Assembly: GCA_963663165.1 (NCBI GenBank)
Contig: OY760175.1
Coordinates: 1,664,001-1,728,000 of the forward strand
DNA length: 64,000 nt
Direction of reading: 5' to 3'
Origin: an uncultured Desulfospira sp.
GTDB lineage: Bacteria; Desulfobacterota; Desulfobacteria; Desulfobacterales; Desulfobacteraceae
The notes beneath the pieces are model-generated. The model did not search any database and was not told the DNA's origin. It saw nothing but the letters and a program-made list of their open reading frames with translations. Below are positions 46,603 to 56,184 of the stretch, one piece after another; position 1 is the stretch's first letter; each line of letters starts with the position of its first letter. Both the position numbers and the translations under genes were made by a program.

Positions 46603-47307
46603 TTGAGGCAGATCATTGTTCAGGATTCTATTTTTGAAATGTTCCCCGAGTTTTACAGAGGGATTATCATTATAAACGATTTCACCAACCATCCCTCTTT
46701 AAAACGGGTGCGCAAGGAACTCAAAAAAGCCGTAGATGAACAGGCCGGCATTGATATTGCCGCTGACGAACGGCTTACAGTATGGGACAAAGCCCACAGG
46801 GAATTTGGTTCCAACCCCAATAAGTTTTTGCCCTCCATTAAATCTTTGCTCAAACGGCTCCAGAAAAATCCGGCCCTGCCCTACATCAACACGGCGGTGG
46901 CCCTGTTCAACTATATCTCCATTAAATACTGCCTGCCCTGCGGCGGGGACGATACCGCCTGCATAGAGGGGGATCTGGTTCTAGGGGTATCGGACGGAAC
47001 CGAATCCTTTCTGGCTTTAGGATCAGATAAAGAAGAAAGCCCGGTGCCCGGCGAGGTGATTTATTTTGACAGCCTCACCAAAAATGTCATGTGCCGCCGC
47101 TGGAACTGGCGCAACGGGGATAAAACCAAAATTACGGAAGACAGCCGGCAGCTGGTCATCAACATTGACTGCATGCTGGAAAACGGCCGGCAGGCCGCCA
47201 ATGAGGCCAGGGATGAAATGGCCGCGCTGCTCAAAGAGCATTGCAATGCCGATCTTGTCACGGATGCCCTGCATGCAGACAGGCCCAAGATCGAAATCGC
47301 CATATGA
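46603..47307 (+). CDS. Stand-alone B3/B4 domain protein (PheRS beta editing domain-like)
   Basis: TTG start with AAGGAG; PSIKSLLKR, LPYINTAVALFNYIS, GEVIYFD, CRRWNWR..DKTKIT. Confidence 0.88.
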   Translation: MRQIIVQDSIFEMFPEFYRGIIIINDFTNHPSLKRVRKELKKAVDEQAGIDIAADERLTVWDKAHREFGSNPNKFLPSIKSLLKRLQKNPALPYINTAVALFNYISIKYCLPCGGDDTACIEGDLVLGVSDGTESFLALGSDKEESPVPGEVIYFDSLTKNVMCRRWNWRNGDKTKITEDSRQLVINIDCMLENGRQAANEARDEMAALLKEHCNADLVTDALHADRPKIEIAI

Positions 47308-47308
47308 A

Positions 47309-47378
47309 ATTAGCTGTCAGCTGTTAGCTATAAGCGTGTTGCCTTTCACCAAATGGCTAACCGCTAATGGCTAACCGC
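47309..47378. repeat. Inverted TTAGCTG/GCTAACN heptamer array
   Basis: TTAGCTGTCAGCTGTTAGCTATAAGC ... GCTAACCGCTAATGGCTAACCGCT. Confidence 0.7.
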
Positions 47379-47402
47379 TCTCATATGAAAGGACAGAATG
47401 CC

Positions 47403-48203
47403 ATGACACCCGCAGATACCCCCCGGAACAATCAACCGGATGAAAAAAAAAGCCGCTATAAATCCACGGTTCCGGCCGTGGATCAGTGCATGCAGGTCCT
47501 GAACTGCCTGGCCGAATCGCCCCGCCGGCAGCTAAGCCTTTCTGAAATCTGTGATATGGCCGGCATTCATAAGAGCCGGGGGTACACCATCCTCAATACC
47601 CTCATGGCCCACAACTTCATTGAAAAAAACCCCCACACCAAGGTGTACAAGTTAGGCATAGGCATTGTCTCTTTGGCAAGAAACGTCCTCAATGACCTCA
47701 ACCTTGGGGACATTGTCAACCCCCACCTTCAAACCCTGGCCCGAAACACGGATGCCACGGCCCATTACGGCGTCATCTCCGGTAACCGGTTTTATATTGT
47801 GGCAAAGGAGGAAAGCTCCGACACCTTTGGATATACCATGCGTCTGGGGATTCAGCACCACCTGACCCACGGCGCCCACGGCAAGGCCATTGTGGCGCTC
47901 ATGCCCGAAAAGGACAGGGAACAGATCCTGGCGGCCGAGCCCCTTTGCTTTTACGGCGACGGCAAGCCCGTAGACTTAGATTATTTAAAAGAAGAATTTG
48001 AGACCATACGGGAATTAGGCTATGCCGTAGATCTTGGGGAGACAAATCCCAATATCACCTGCATCAGTGCACCGGTCACCAACCTTGAGGGAAAGCTGGC
48101 CGGGGCCATTGTTCTGATCGGGGTGTTTCAGCGCGCCAGGGTCAAAACCTTTGGCCCCATGGTGGTGGAGGCTGCCCGGCGAGTATCCGAGAGAATGATT
48201 TAA
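47403..48203 (+). CDS. IclR-family transcriptional regulator
   Basis: VPAVDQCMQVL, HTH LSEICDMAGIHKSRGYTILNTL, AHGKAI, IRELGYAVD, CISAPV. Confidence 0.92.
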   Translation: MTPADTPRNNQPDEKKSRYKSTVPAVDQCMQVLNCLAESPRRQLSLSEICDMAGIHKSRGYTILNTLMAHNFIEKNPHTKVYKLGIGIVSLARNVLNDLNLGDIVNPHLQTLARNTDATAHYGVISGNRFYIVAKEESSDTFGYTMRLGIQHHLTHGAHGKAIVALMPEKDREQILAAEPLCFYGDGKPVDLDYLKEEFETIRELGYAVDLGETNPNITCISAPVTNLEGKLAGAIVLIGVFQRARVKTFGPMVVEAARRVSERMI

Positions 48204-48248
48204 TTCTTTCAAAACGAACCGGGGTTTCTTAACCCGGATATATCCGGG

Positions 48249-51242
48249 TCAAACAGCACCGGGACATGAAATACGATTACGCCCCTCCGCTTTGGATTTG
48301 TAGAGCATCTCATCGGTCTTTTTCACCATTTCATCAAAGGATTCAACGCCATCAGAGTAATGGGCCACCCCCAGGCTCAAGGTCAGTTTCAGATGGCCGC
48401 CGCCCTTTACCCCAAAGGTCTTTTTTTCAAAAATAGAGCGAATCTTGTCGGCCACCGGAATGGCGCCCTTAAGGCCGGTCCCGGGAAGGATGATCATAAA
48501 TTCATCCCCGCCATACCTTCCCGGAATATCGATTGCCCTAAGATTTTTCCGGATAATGGAAGACACCTGTTTTAACACCCTGTCTCCGATATCATGGCCA
48601 TACCTGTCATTGACCTCTTTGAAATAGTCGATATCTATCATGATAACGGACAGACTACCCTTTTTACGCCTTACCGTTTCAAATTCCCGTTTTCCGAAAT
48701 CCATGAAATATCTTCGGTTGTAAAGCCCTGTCAAGGGATCGATATTGGCCAGCCGCGCATTTTCAATGGCTCTGGCCGCAGCGTCTTTCAAGGAAAGATG
48801 AATATCAATTTTGGCAGACAGTTCGGTTTTGTCCACTGGTTTTACGATATAATCATTGGCCCCTACTTCAAAGGCGGTGACAATGTCGCCGGGTTGATTT
48901 TTTGCCGTTAGAAATATGATGGGCAGTTCAAACGTGGTGTAATTTTCCCTTAGCTTCCGGCAAACCTCATACCCGGACATTCTCGGCATCATGATATCCA
49001 GAAGGACAAGGTCATACCTGCAGGTTTTAACTCTTTCCAGGGCCAGACGCCCGCTTGGTACAAATTCAGCCCCCAGTTTTTTTACGCCCAGATAGTTGAG
49101 CAGAACCTGGCCGTTTATGGCCTCGTCATCAACGACGAGCACTTTTTCCGAACGTTCACAGATGCGGATATCGGGCAAGAAACCACAGGCGTCGGGAAAA
49201 GGCAGAATGCCGCTTAAAGGCGTTGGATCAAACCGGAACCCTTCAGCTTTTCTCTCATTGGCAGCCGCCTGTGGAAAGGTAAATATAAAACTGGCGCCCT
49301 TGCCCGGTTCTGATTCAACCCGGATATTCCCTTCGTGTAATTCCACCAGTTTTTTAGTGATGGGAAGCCCCAGCCCGGTTCCTTTGTATTCCCGTTCAAT
49401 AGAACCGTCACCCTGCTCAAACGATTTGAAAATTCGCTCTTTTAATGAAGGGTTTATCCCCATCCCCGAATCCTCAACCCGGATCTCCATTGTGCTTGCC
49501 CCGGGGCCTGTCCCCGGGGTGGCACTGACCCTGACATAGCCTTTTTCCGTATACTTTACACCGTTGCCGATGAGATTATACAAAATCTGCTGAAGTCTGT
49601 TTTCATCGCCGTAAGCAAAGGGCATGTCTTCGGGGATATCATTTATTAAATGGATGGCCTTATTTGGCGTGGTGGATTTTATAACGGTCATGACAACCAG
49701 GACCATCCGCCTTAAATCCAGGGGTTTTTTAGAAATCAGGATATCGTTGTTCCTGAGCTTGGAAAAGTCCAGGACATCGTTGATAAGCGTTGAAAGCCGC
49801 TTTCCGCTTGAGGCAATAAGGCCAAGGTTCTGGCGGGCTTCTCCGGACAGAGGCCCGGCCGCACCGTTGATCAATGACTCGGCAATGCCAATGATACCGT
49901 TGATTGGGGTTCTCAATTCATGGGAGGTGTTGGCAAGGAATTCATCTTTGAGGCGGTCAACAACCTTGAGTTTTTCAGACAGCAGGGCAACGGTCCGATG
50001 CTCCCGTGAAAATTTGATGGCCAGCATGAGGGACTCGACCAAAATGAACCCAAGAAAAAACAAGGCCAGGTAATACCCTGTATTGATCAGCTGCAGATAG
50101 TGCAGCATGTCATTGACAACCCCGGCGGCCAGGACCATGCTCCCGGATAAAAAGAGAATAGAGTACGCTGCTTTGTTCCCAATGGCCTTCAAATTAATGT
50201 AAAGGATAAACAAAACGCTGACCGCCACCATTGCCAGGTAATATTTGAACATAGCGGAGTAAGCCATTGTAGATAAAAAAGGGATACAGCCGGCATAAAG
50301 AACATGCACCGCCGTTATTAGCCAGAAGAGGGGCCAGGGAAAATCTTTTTTAAAAAAATAGGCGGTAAACAGCTGAAACGAGATAACACAACAGGGAATG
50401 GTGGCTGTGGCAAGCCGTGATCCGGTTGAAAAGGTCAGGTCAGGGATTATCCAGGAAATCAATGTATTGCCCGTGAATACGGTTCTAAGGGCAAGCATAA
50501 AACAAAACAAACCAAAATAAAGCAGCTCCTTTTCTTTTTGCCGGAACAAAAAGATGATGGTGTGGTAAACTCCGGCAAACAGGCAGATGGAGATCAGCAT
50601 GATCTCCATGGACGTGCTGATCATGAACTTGCGATACACTTGTTTTTCCGTACCCAGAATAAAACTTTGGGCAATGCCCGCGTTTCCATGAAGCCGGTTT
50701 CTTATTTGCAGAACAATTTCCACATCACCTGTATCAGAGGAAAAGGCCAGGATGTCCGGTTTAAGGAACCGGATCGGCTCGTCCGGCAAGATACCGTTCT
50801 GCCGGACCACCCCCCCATTGATCCACAGGCGGTATTCAGTAAACAGTTCCGGGGTCTGCAATGCCAGGCCCCTTTTTTTTTCGGATGTTTTTACAATAAG
50901 CCGGTAAGTGGCACACCCCGCAGCCGAAAAGCTATGGCGAGAATAGGTTGTCCAGAAGCGGGGAACCGGATAAAAAGCGGTCAGGTCAGGATCGGTCCAC
51001 TCCCCTGAATCAGGCCCGAGAAGCCTGTTCCAGCGAAACTGCCAGTTACCGTCAAGTTTAACCGGCCCGGTTTTTTGCAAATCCATGCCTCTTAAGTCTA
51101 AAACCCCGCTGACGATTTCCAGCCCTTCCCCGCTATGGCTCCCGGCCCATACCCTGGGGCCGGGCAGACCCGTGGCAATGGAAATTGCAATTGCCAAAAT
51201 TATTATTTGCAATTTTAAGGAACTCAGAACATCTATCATCAT
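48249..51242 (-). CDS. 7TM-DISM sensor histidine kinase with REC and GGDEF output domains
   Basis: Extracellular beta domain (LDGNWQFRW), about seven TMs, SHELRTP, GTGLGL, LVVDD..LLDIMMP, DPLTGLYNRR, RYGGDEF. Confidence 0.9.
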   Translation of the reverse strand: MMIDVLSSLKLQIIILAIAISIATGLPGPRVWAGSHSGEGLEIVSGVLDLRGMDLQKTGPVKLDGNWQFRWNRLLGPDSGEWTDPDLTAFYPVPRFWTTYSRHSFSAAGCATYRLIVKTSEKKRGLALQTPELFTEYRLWINGGVVRQNGILPDEPIRFLKPDILAFSSDTGDVEIVLQIRNRLHGNAGIAQSFILGTEKQVYRKFMISTSMEIMLISICLFAGVYHTIIFLFRQKEKELLYFGLFCFMLALRTVFTGNTLISWIIPDLTFSTGSRLATATIPCCVISFQLFTAYFFKKDFPWPLFWLITAVHVLYAGCIPFLSTMAYSAMFKYYLAMVAVSVLFILYINLKAIGNKAAYSILFLSGSMVLAAGVVNDMLHYLQLINTGYYLALFFLGFILVESLMLAIKFSREHRTVALLSEKLKVVDRLKDEFLANTSHELRTPINGIIGIAESLINGAAGPLSGEARQNLGLIASSGKRLSTLINDVLDFSKLRNNDILISKKPLDLRRMVLVVMTVIKSTTPNKAIHLINDIPEDMPFAYGDENRLQQILYNLIGNGVKYTEKGYVRVSATPGTGPGASTMEIRVEDSGMGINPSLKERIFKSFEQGDGSIEREYKGTGLGLPITKKLVELHEGNIRVESEPGKGASFIFTFPQAAANERKAEGFRFDPTPLSGILPFPDACGFLPDIRICERSEKVLVVDDEAINGQVLLNYLGVKKLGAEFVPSGRLALERVKTCRYDLVLLDIMMPRMSGYEVCRKLRENYTTFELPIIFLTAKNQPGDIVTAFEVGANDYIVKPVDKTELSAKIDIHLSLKDAAARAIENARLANIDPLTGLYNRRYFMDFGKREFETVRRKKGSLSVIMIDIDYFKEVNDRYGHDIGDRVLKQVSSIIRKNLRAIDIPGRYGGDEFMIILPGTGLKGAIPVADKIRSIFEKKTFGVKGGGHLKLTLSLGVAHYSDGVESFDEMVKKTDEMLYKSKAEGRNRISCPGAV

Positions 51243-51417
51243 AGATAAAACTCGTCAGATGGAGGACATTTATTTTTTCTTAAGCAAACCTTTAGCGCTT
51301 CCTTTTTTCACTTGTACAGTCAAGATCAGTTCTGGGGTACAACAAAAGAGATAAAAAAACAATAGCCTGAAGCGGTTTTAAAAAGGACGACACAAGTACG
51401 GGCCACTGAAACCGGAT

Positions 51418-52278
51418 TTATCCGAGCTGCATATCGGAAAGGATCGCACCGTTGCTTTCGGCAAGCGCAAGGTATCGGGCTCCTTCTTTTTCCCGGCCCC
51501 GTTTCATGCAGCCGTTGGCGTAAATCCGGCATTTTTCCTTAAATACCGTTAAAGCGGCCTGTTCCTGGTCGCAGGAAAGAACCTTTGACCGGATCAGGTT
51601 CAGGATAGCCTGGATACGGAACCGGTCCTGGGAATGGGCAGCGGACAGCTGGTCTTCATGCCCCCCGGTTTTAATGGTCAGCGGCCGGTCAATGAGGTAT
51701 ACGGGGGTGTCATAAGAGATCCGAAGCCAGAGGTCATAATCCTCGCACACCCAAAAATCCTCGTTAAAGCCCCCTTTTTTTTTAAAAAGCTTCTTTCGCA
51801 TCATGACGGCCGAGGGGCTGACCAGGCAAAGGTGAAGGGAGGGTTCAAAGATCATCCCCGAGGGTTTTTGATGCTTTTTTTTAGGGTTGACCCGTTTCCC
51901 TTTTCTGATCCAGATTTCCCCGGTCTGGCAGATCTGTGCCCCGGGGTTGGCTTTAAAAAACGACACCTGGCAGGACAGCTTTTCTGTTTCCCACGCATCA
52001 TCTGAATCCAGCAGGGCGATAAATTCCCCCCGGCTATGGGCAATTCCGAGATTCCGGGCCGAGCTCACCCCTTTGTTTTCCTGAACCAGGATCCGGACAT
52101 CATTCTGGTAGGCCTTGAGCCGCTCAGGGGTGTCATCCGTTGACCCGTCGTCCACCACAATGATTTCTGTGTTGCCATAATCCTGGGCCAGCACCGAATC
52201 AAGGGCCCGGTTCAGGGACCATGCCCGGTTAAAGGTCGGGATGATGACACTGACCATATCTGTTGTTTCACATGCCAT
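51418..52278 (-). CDS. Glycosyltransferase family 2
   Basis: VSVIIPTFNR, VVDDGSTD, GVSSARN, LDSDD, EDYDLWLR. Confidence 0.92.
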   Translation of the reverse strand: MACETTDMVSVIIPTFNRAWSLNRALDSVLAQDYGNTEIIVVDDGSTDDTPERLKAYQNDVRILVQENKGVSSARNLGIAHSRGEFIALLDSDDAWETEKLSCQVSFFKANPGAQICQTGEIWIRKGKRVNPKKKHQKPSGMIFEPSLHLCLVSPSAVMMRKKLFKKKGGFNEDFWVCEDYDLWLRISYDTPVYLIDRPLTIKTGGHEDQLSAAHSQDRFRIQAILNLIRSKVLSCDQEQAALTVFKEKCRIYANGCMKRGREKEGARYLALAESNGAILSDMQLG

Positions 52279-52618
52279 GGCAGTTGGTTATCCCACTAAA
52301 CCGGTGGCCCTGTCAACGGGTGCAAAAAAAGCTTTCAAAAAACTCAAAAGGCTGTAAAATTTAAATCAAGGCTGATGCCGGTTTTATTCCAAAACCGTAA
52401 TTTTTTTATTTTTTTTAAAGAAAATAATTGTAAACCCCCCTTTGTTTCTGATAAAAGCATGGGTCAAATTTATACAGCAAATATAAAGCAACCCATCCAT
52501 ATTTAACCACAAACCATCATAGACCAAACTATTGATAATCCTTGAGACAACAAATTGGACATCGCTTAAGGAAGAGCCCGGCTATTGAACGGGCTCATCA
52601 ACCCGCAATGAGGATACT

Positions 52619-52840
52619 ATGGGAAAAGGCAAATCCGTTAAACACATTATTGACAAAGAATGGTGCAAGGGATGCGGCATCTGCGTTCACTTCTGCCCGA
52701 AACATGTTCTGGAACTGGACAACAACGGGAAAGTGACGGCGGCCCGCCCCGAAGACTGCATTGCATGCATGCTGTGCGAACTTCGGTGCCCTGATCTGGC
52801 AATCCAAATCATAAACCATCAGGAAGGGGAAAATGACTAA
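52619..52840 (+). CDS. korD: 2-oxoacid:ferredoxin oxidoreductase delta subunit (2x[4Fe-4S])
   Basis: CKGCGICVHFCP and CIACMLCELRCP. Confidence 0.85.
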   Translation: MGKGKSVKHIIDKEWCKGCGICVHFCPKHVLELDNNGKVTAARPEDCIACMLCELRCPDLAIQIINHQEGEND

Positions 52841-53981
52841 TACCATCAAGTTTGTCCAGGGAAACGAGGCCTGCGTTGAAGGGGCCCTTTATGCGGGACT
52901 GAACTTTTTTGCCGGCTACCCCATCACCCCGTCCACAGAGATCGCAGAACACCTGTCTTCCGCCCTTCCCCAAAGGGGGGGGAAATTCATCCAGATGGAA
53001 GACGAGATTGCCTCCATGAGCGCCATCATCGGGGCATCGCTGACGGGCAACAAGGTCATGACCGCCACATCCGGCCCGGGATTTTCCTTAAAGCAGGAAG
53101 CCTTGGGATATGCCTGCATGGCCGAGATTCCCTGTGTCATTGCCAATGTCCAGCGGGGCGGCCCGTCCACGGGCAACCCCACCCATGTCAGCCAGGGGGA
53201 TGTGAACCAGGCCCGGTGGGGGACCCATGGGGATCATGCCATTGTGGCCATGACCGCCTCCAACCACCAGGATGTATTTAAAATCACGGTGGAAGCCTTT
53301 AACATCGCTGAAACCTACCGGACCCCGGTGATTCTTCTTTTAGACGAGGTCATCGGCCACATGAGGGAAAAACTCGTGGTGCCGGCACCGGGCGAGATCC
53401 CCGTGGTGGGGCGCCTGCGAACCTCGGTTCCCAAAGGGGTGGACTACCATCCCTATCTGCCCAGGGAGGATGACCGGCTTCCCATGTCGGATTTCGGCGG
53501 GGAACACCGGTACAATGTCACGGGCCTGTTCCATGACATGTGGGGCTTTCCCAGCAACAACCCCTCCCTTGTCAGCAGCCTGCTCCACCATCTGGTGGAT
53601 AAAATCGAAAACAACGTCAACAGTATTGCCATGTATAAAAAACACTGGCTGGACGACGCCGAATATGTCCTGATTTCCTATGGATCTTCTGCCAGGAGCG
53701 CCATCCATGTGGCCAAAAACCGGCGGGCAAGGGGGGTCAAAATCGGTGTACTTGAACTTCAGACCATCTGGCCTTTTCCCGTGGACATTGTCAGGGAAAG
53801 TTGCGCCAATGCCAAAGCCGTGCTGGTGGTTGAAATGAACATGGGCCAGGTCATCACCCAGGTTAAAAATGCCGTGGACAATCCCCACAACGTATTTTTG
53901 GCCAACCGGATCGACGGACAGCTCATCTCACCCACCGACATTAAAACCGTTCTGAGAATGATCCAGGGAAAGGGGGTCTAA
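52833..53981 (+). CDS. korA: 2-oxoacid:ferredoxin oxidoreductase alpha subunit
   Basis: AGYPITPSTE, QMEDEIAS, TATSGPGFSL, QRGGPSTG. Confidence 0.88.
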   Translation: MTNTIKFVQGNEACVEGALYAGLNFFAGYPITPSTEIAEHLSSALPQRGGKFIQMEDEIASMSAIIGASLTGNKVMTATSGPGFSLKQEALGYACMAEIPCVIANVQRGGPSTGNPTHVSQGDVNQARWGTHGDHAIVAMTASNHQDVFKITVEAFNIAETYRTPVILLLDEVIGHMREKLVVPAPGEIPVVGRLRTSVPKGVDYHPYLPREDDRLPMSDFGGEHRYNVTGLFHDMWGFPSNNPSLVSSLLHHLVDKIENNVNSIAMYKKHWLDDAEYVLISYGSSARSAIHVAKNRRARGVKIGVLELQTIWPFPVDIVRESCANAKAVLVVEMNMGQVITQVKNAVDNPHNVFLANRIDGQLISPTDIKTVLRMIQGKGV

Positions 53982-53985
53982 GAAA

Positions 53986-54810
53986 ATGAACCAGAAACCA
54001 TTTGATTTTAAAGATTATATCAGGGCCCGGTTTTTCCCCCACATGTGGTGCCCGGGCTGCGGCCACGGCATTGTTCTGGGCTGCCTGCTCAGGGCGGTTC
54101 ATGAACTGGAACTGGATAAAAATGAAATTGTCATGACCTCGGGGATCGGGTGTTCGTCCAGAATATCCGGGTATGTGGATTTCCACTCCCTGCACACCAT
54201 CCACGGCAGGGCCCTGGCCTTTGCCACCGGTGTCAAGCTGTCCAAACCCAGCCTCAAAGCCATTGTTCCCATGGGGGACGGAGATGCCTTAGCCATTGGC
54301 GGCAACCACTTTATTCACGCAGCCAGAAGAAACATCGACATTACGGCCATTGTCATGAACAACCGGATCTACGGCATGACCGGCGGGCAGTTTTCCCCGC
54401 TTTCGGGAACCGGAAAAAAGGCCACCACAGCGCCCTACGCCACCATTGACCCGCCCTTTGATGTGGTGCAGTTAGCCCAAAGTGCCGGGGCCACCTTTGT
54501 GGCCAGATCCACCACCTTTCATGCCAGCGAGGCCAAGGACTTCATCAAAAAGGCCATCCAGCACAAGGGCTTTTCCGTGGTTGAAATTCTTTCCCAGTGC
54601 CCCACTTATTACGGCCGGAAAAACAAGGAAGGGGATGCGGCCCAGATGATGGAAAGCTATAAAACCAACACCGTAAAAATCGGGTCCAAAAAGCTGGAAA
54701 CCAATCCCGGCCTGATTCAACGGGGAATCTTTGTGGATGATGCCGATAAACCCGAATACTGCGAAGCCTACGATGCAATCATTGAAACAGCCATGAAAGG
54801 AAAGGCATAA
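53986..54810 (+). CDS. korB: 2-oxoacid:ferredoxin oxidoreductase beta subunit
   Basis: WCPGCG, SGIGCS, GDGD..AIGGNH, YGMTGGQ. Confidence 0.88.
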   Translation: MNQKPFDFKDYIRARFFPHMWCPGCGHGIVLGCLLRAVHELELDKNEIVMTSGIGCSSRISGYVDFHSLHTIHGRALAFATGVKLSKPSLKAIVPMGDGDALAIGGNHFIHAARRNIDITAIVMNNRIYGMTGGQFSPLSGTGKKATTAPYATIDPPFDVVQLAQSAGATFVARSTTFHASEAKDFIKKAIQHKGFSVVEILSQCPTYYGRKNKEGDAAQMMESYKTNTVKIGSKKLETNPGLIQRGIFVDDADKPEYCEAYDAIIETAMKGKA

Positions 54811-55364
54811 TGGAACGGTCAAGAATTGTTTTTTCAGGGTCAGGCGGCCAGGGGGTCATCACCGCAGCCATTATCCTTGCCAAGGCAGCCGTGATTTTTG
54901 AGGGCAAGAACGCCATCCAGTCCCAGAGTTACGGGGCAGCGGCCCGGGGCGGCGCCACCCGAAGCGATGTGTTGATTGCCGAATCCGAGATCTACTTTCC
55001 CAAGGTAAACCAGCCCAATATCCTGATCAGCTTAACCCAGGAAAGCTATAATACCTTTTCACCTATTATCCGGCCGGGGGGGCTGCTTCTGGTGGATTCC
55101 CGGTACGTTACCATCGGCAAAAAAATTGATGCCAAACATGTGTCACTGCCCATGTATGACACGGTGATGGCAGACATTAAAAACCCCATTGTGTTTAACA
55201 TCTGCATGCTTGGCGCACTGATCGGGCTGACTCAAATCATAAAACCCGAGTCTATCCTTAAAGTCCTGGAGACCACCATTCCCAAAGATTTTATGGAAAT
55301 GAACAAAAAAGCCCTGGATCTTGGAATGGATATGGGCAGTACCGCTGCAAATGGAGAAGGATGA
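54810..55364 (+). CDS. korC: 2-oxoacid:ferredoxin oxidoreductase gamma subunit
   Basis: SGSGGQGV, QSYGAAARGG, NICMLGAL. Confidence 0.85.
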   Translation: MERSRIVFSGSGGQGVITAAIILAKAAVIFEGKNAIQSQSYGAAARGGATRSDVLIAESEIYFPKVNQPNILISLTQESYNTFSPIIRPGGLLLVDSRYVTIGKKIDAKHVSLPMYDTVMADIKNPIVFNICMLGALIGLTQIIKPESILKVLETTIPKDFMEMNKKALDLGMDMGSTAANGEG

Positions 55365-55368
55365 TTTT

Positions 55369-55447
55369 AAGCGTTTAGCTATCAGCCTTTAGCTGTTAGC
55401 AATTAGCTTATGGCCGGCTTTGCTAACGGCTAATAGCTAACAGCTGA
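55369..55447. repeat. Inverted TTAGCTR/GCTAACN heptamer array
   Basis: TTAGCTATCAGCCTTTAGCTGTTAGCAATTAGCT ... GCTAACGGCTAATAGCTAACAGCTGA between convergent genes. Confidence 0.7.
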
Positions 55448-55453
55448 ATTCTT

Positions 55454-55981
55454 TTATTTCATCAGGCTTTTTACAGCTTTCTCCATCCCTTTCCAGTCAA
55501 ATCCTTTGGCCAGGGCCAGGCTGTCATCTTCGGAAATGCCCTCGTAGGCAATGGAAAAAATGGCCGATTTACCCTGGCCTGGAGACTCGAATAAAAGGAC
55601 GGTCACGGTGCCAGCTTTTTCTTCCCCGTCATGGGCTTCAAGCACTTTAAATCCGTCCATCTCACTGGTTTTAACCTTTACCTGGCCCTGTTCCATGCTC
55701 ATCTGCTGGAACCCGGCCATTCCCATGGAACCCATCCCCGTGGATGAGACCATAACGGTGGCGGTAACGGTCTGATCGCCTTTTTCATAAACCCGAACCG
55801 CATTGATCATCTGCATGCCGTTCATGTTCATGTTCATGTCCTGGGCCTCTTCGGCCTGCCAGCCGTCAAGGGCCGGCAAGAATTCTTTAAGGGAATCGCC
55901 GGCAAGCAGGGTTGAAGCAAAGAAAGCGATATACAGAATCGCGGTCACAGGGATAAAAAACAATCTGGATGATGTTTTCAC
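55454..55981 (-). CDS. Exported hypothetical protein
   Basis: GTG start with AAGGAG; signal peptide; FLPALDGWQAEE segment, Met-rich. Confidence 0.72.
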   Translation of the reverse strand: MKTSSRLFFIPVTAILYIAFFASTLLAGDSLKEFLPALDGWQAEEAQDMNMNMNGMQMINAVRVYEKGDQTVTATVMVSSTGMGSMGMAGFQQMSMEQGQVKVKTSEMDGFKVLEAHDGEEKAGTVTVLLFESPGQGKSAIFSIAYEGISEDDSLALAKGFDWKGMEKAVKSLMK

Positions 55982-56082
55982 AACGCTCTCCTTTAATCGT
56001 GGGGTAAACCAAAAAACTTACGAACAATTGTGGGATAAATAACACATTTTTTATTCAAAAGGAAATGAATAAACGGGAGGGC

Positions 56083-56141
56083 AGAAACCGGAAGTCCGCA
56101 GACCGGATACCAAACCCGAGTGTACGCGACATCCGGTCTCC
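56083..56141. repeat. GA(A/G)ACCG-type heptamer array
   Basis: AGAAACCGGAAGTCCGCAGACCGGAT ... ATCCGGTCTCC. Confidence 0.45.
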
Positions 56142-56184
56142 ATTCATTATCATCCCGGATTACAAATGAGGGGGGCCGGAATGT

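Noticed and set aside
52577..52599. Hairpin GAGCCCG...CGGGCTC in the kor leader as a riboswitch
   Set aside because: Single stem with no recognisable aptamer features.
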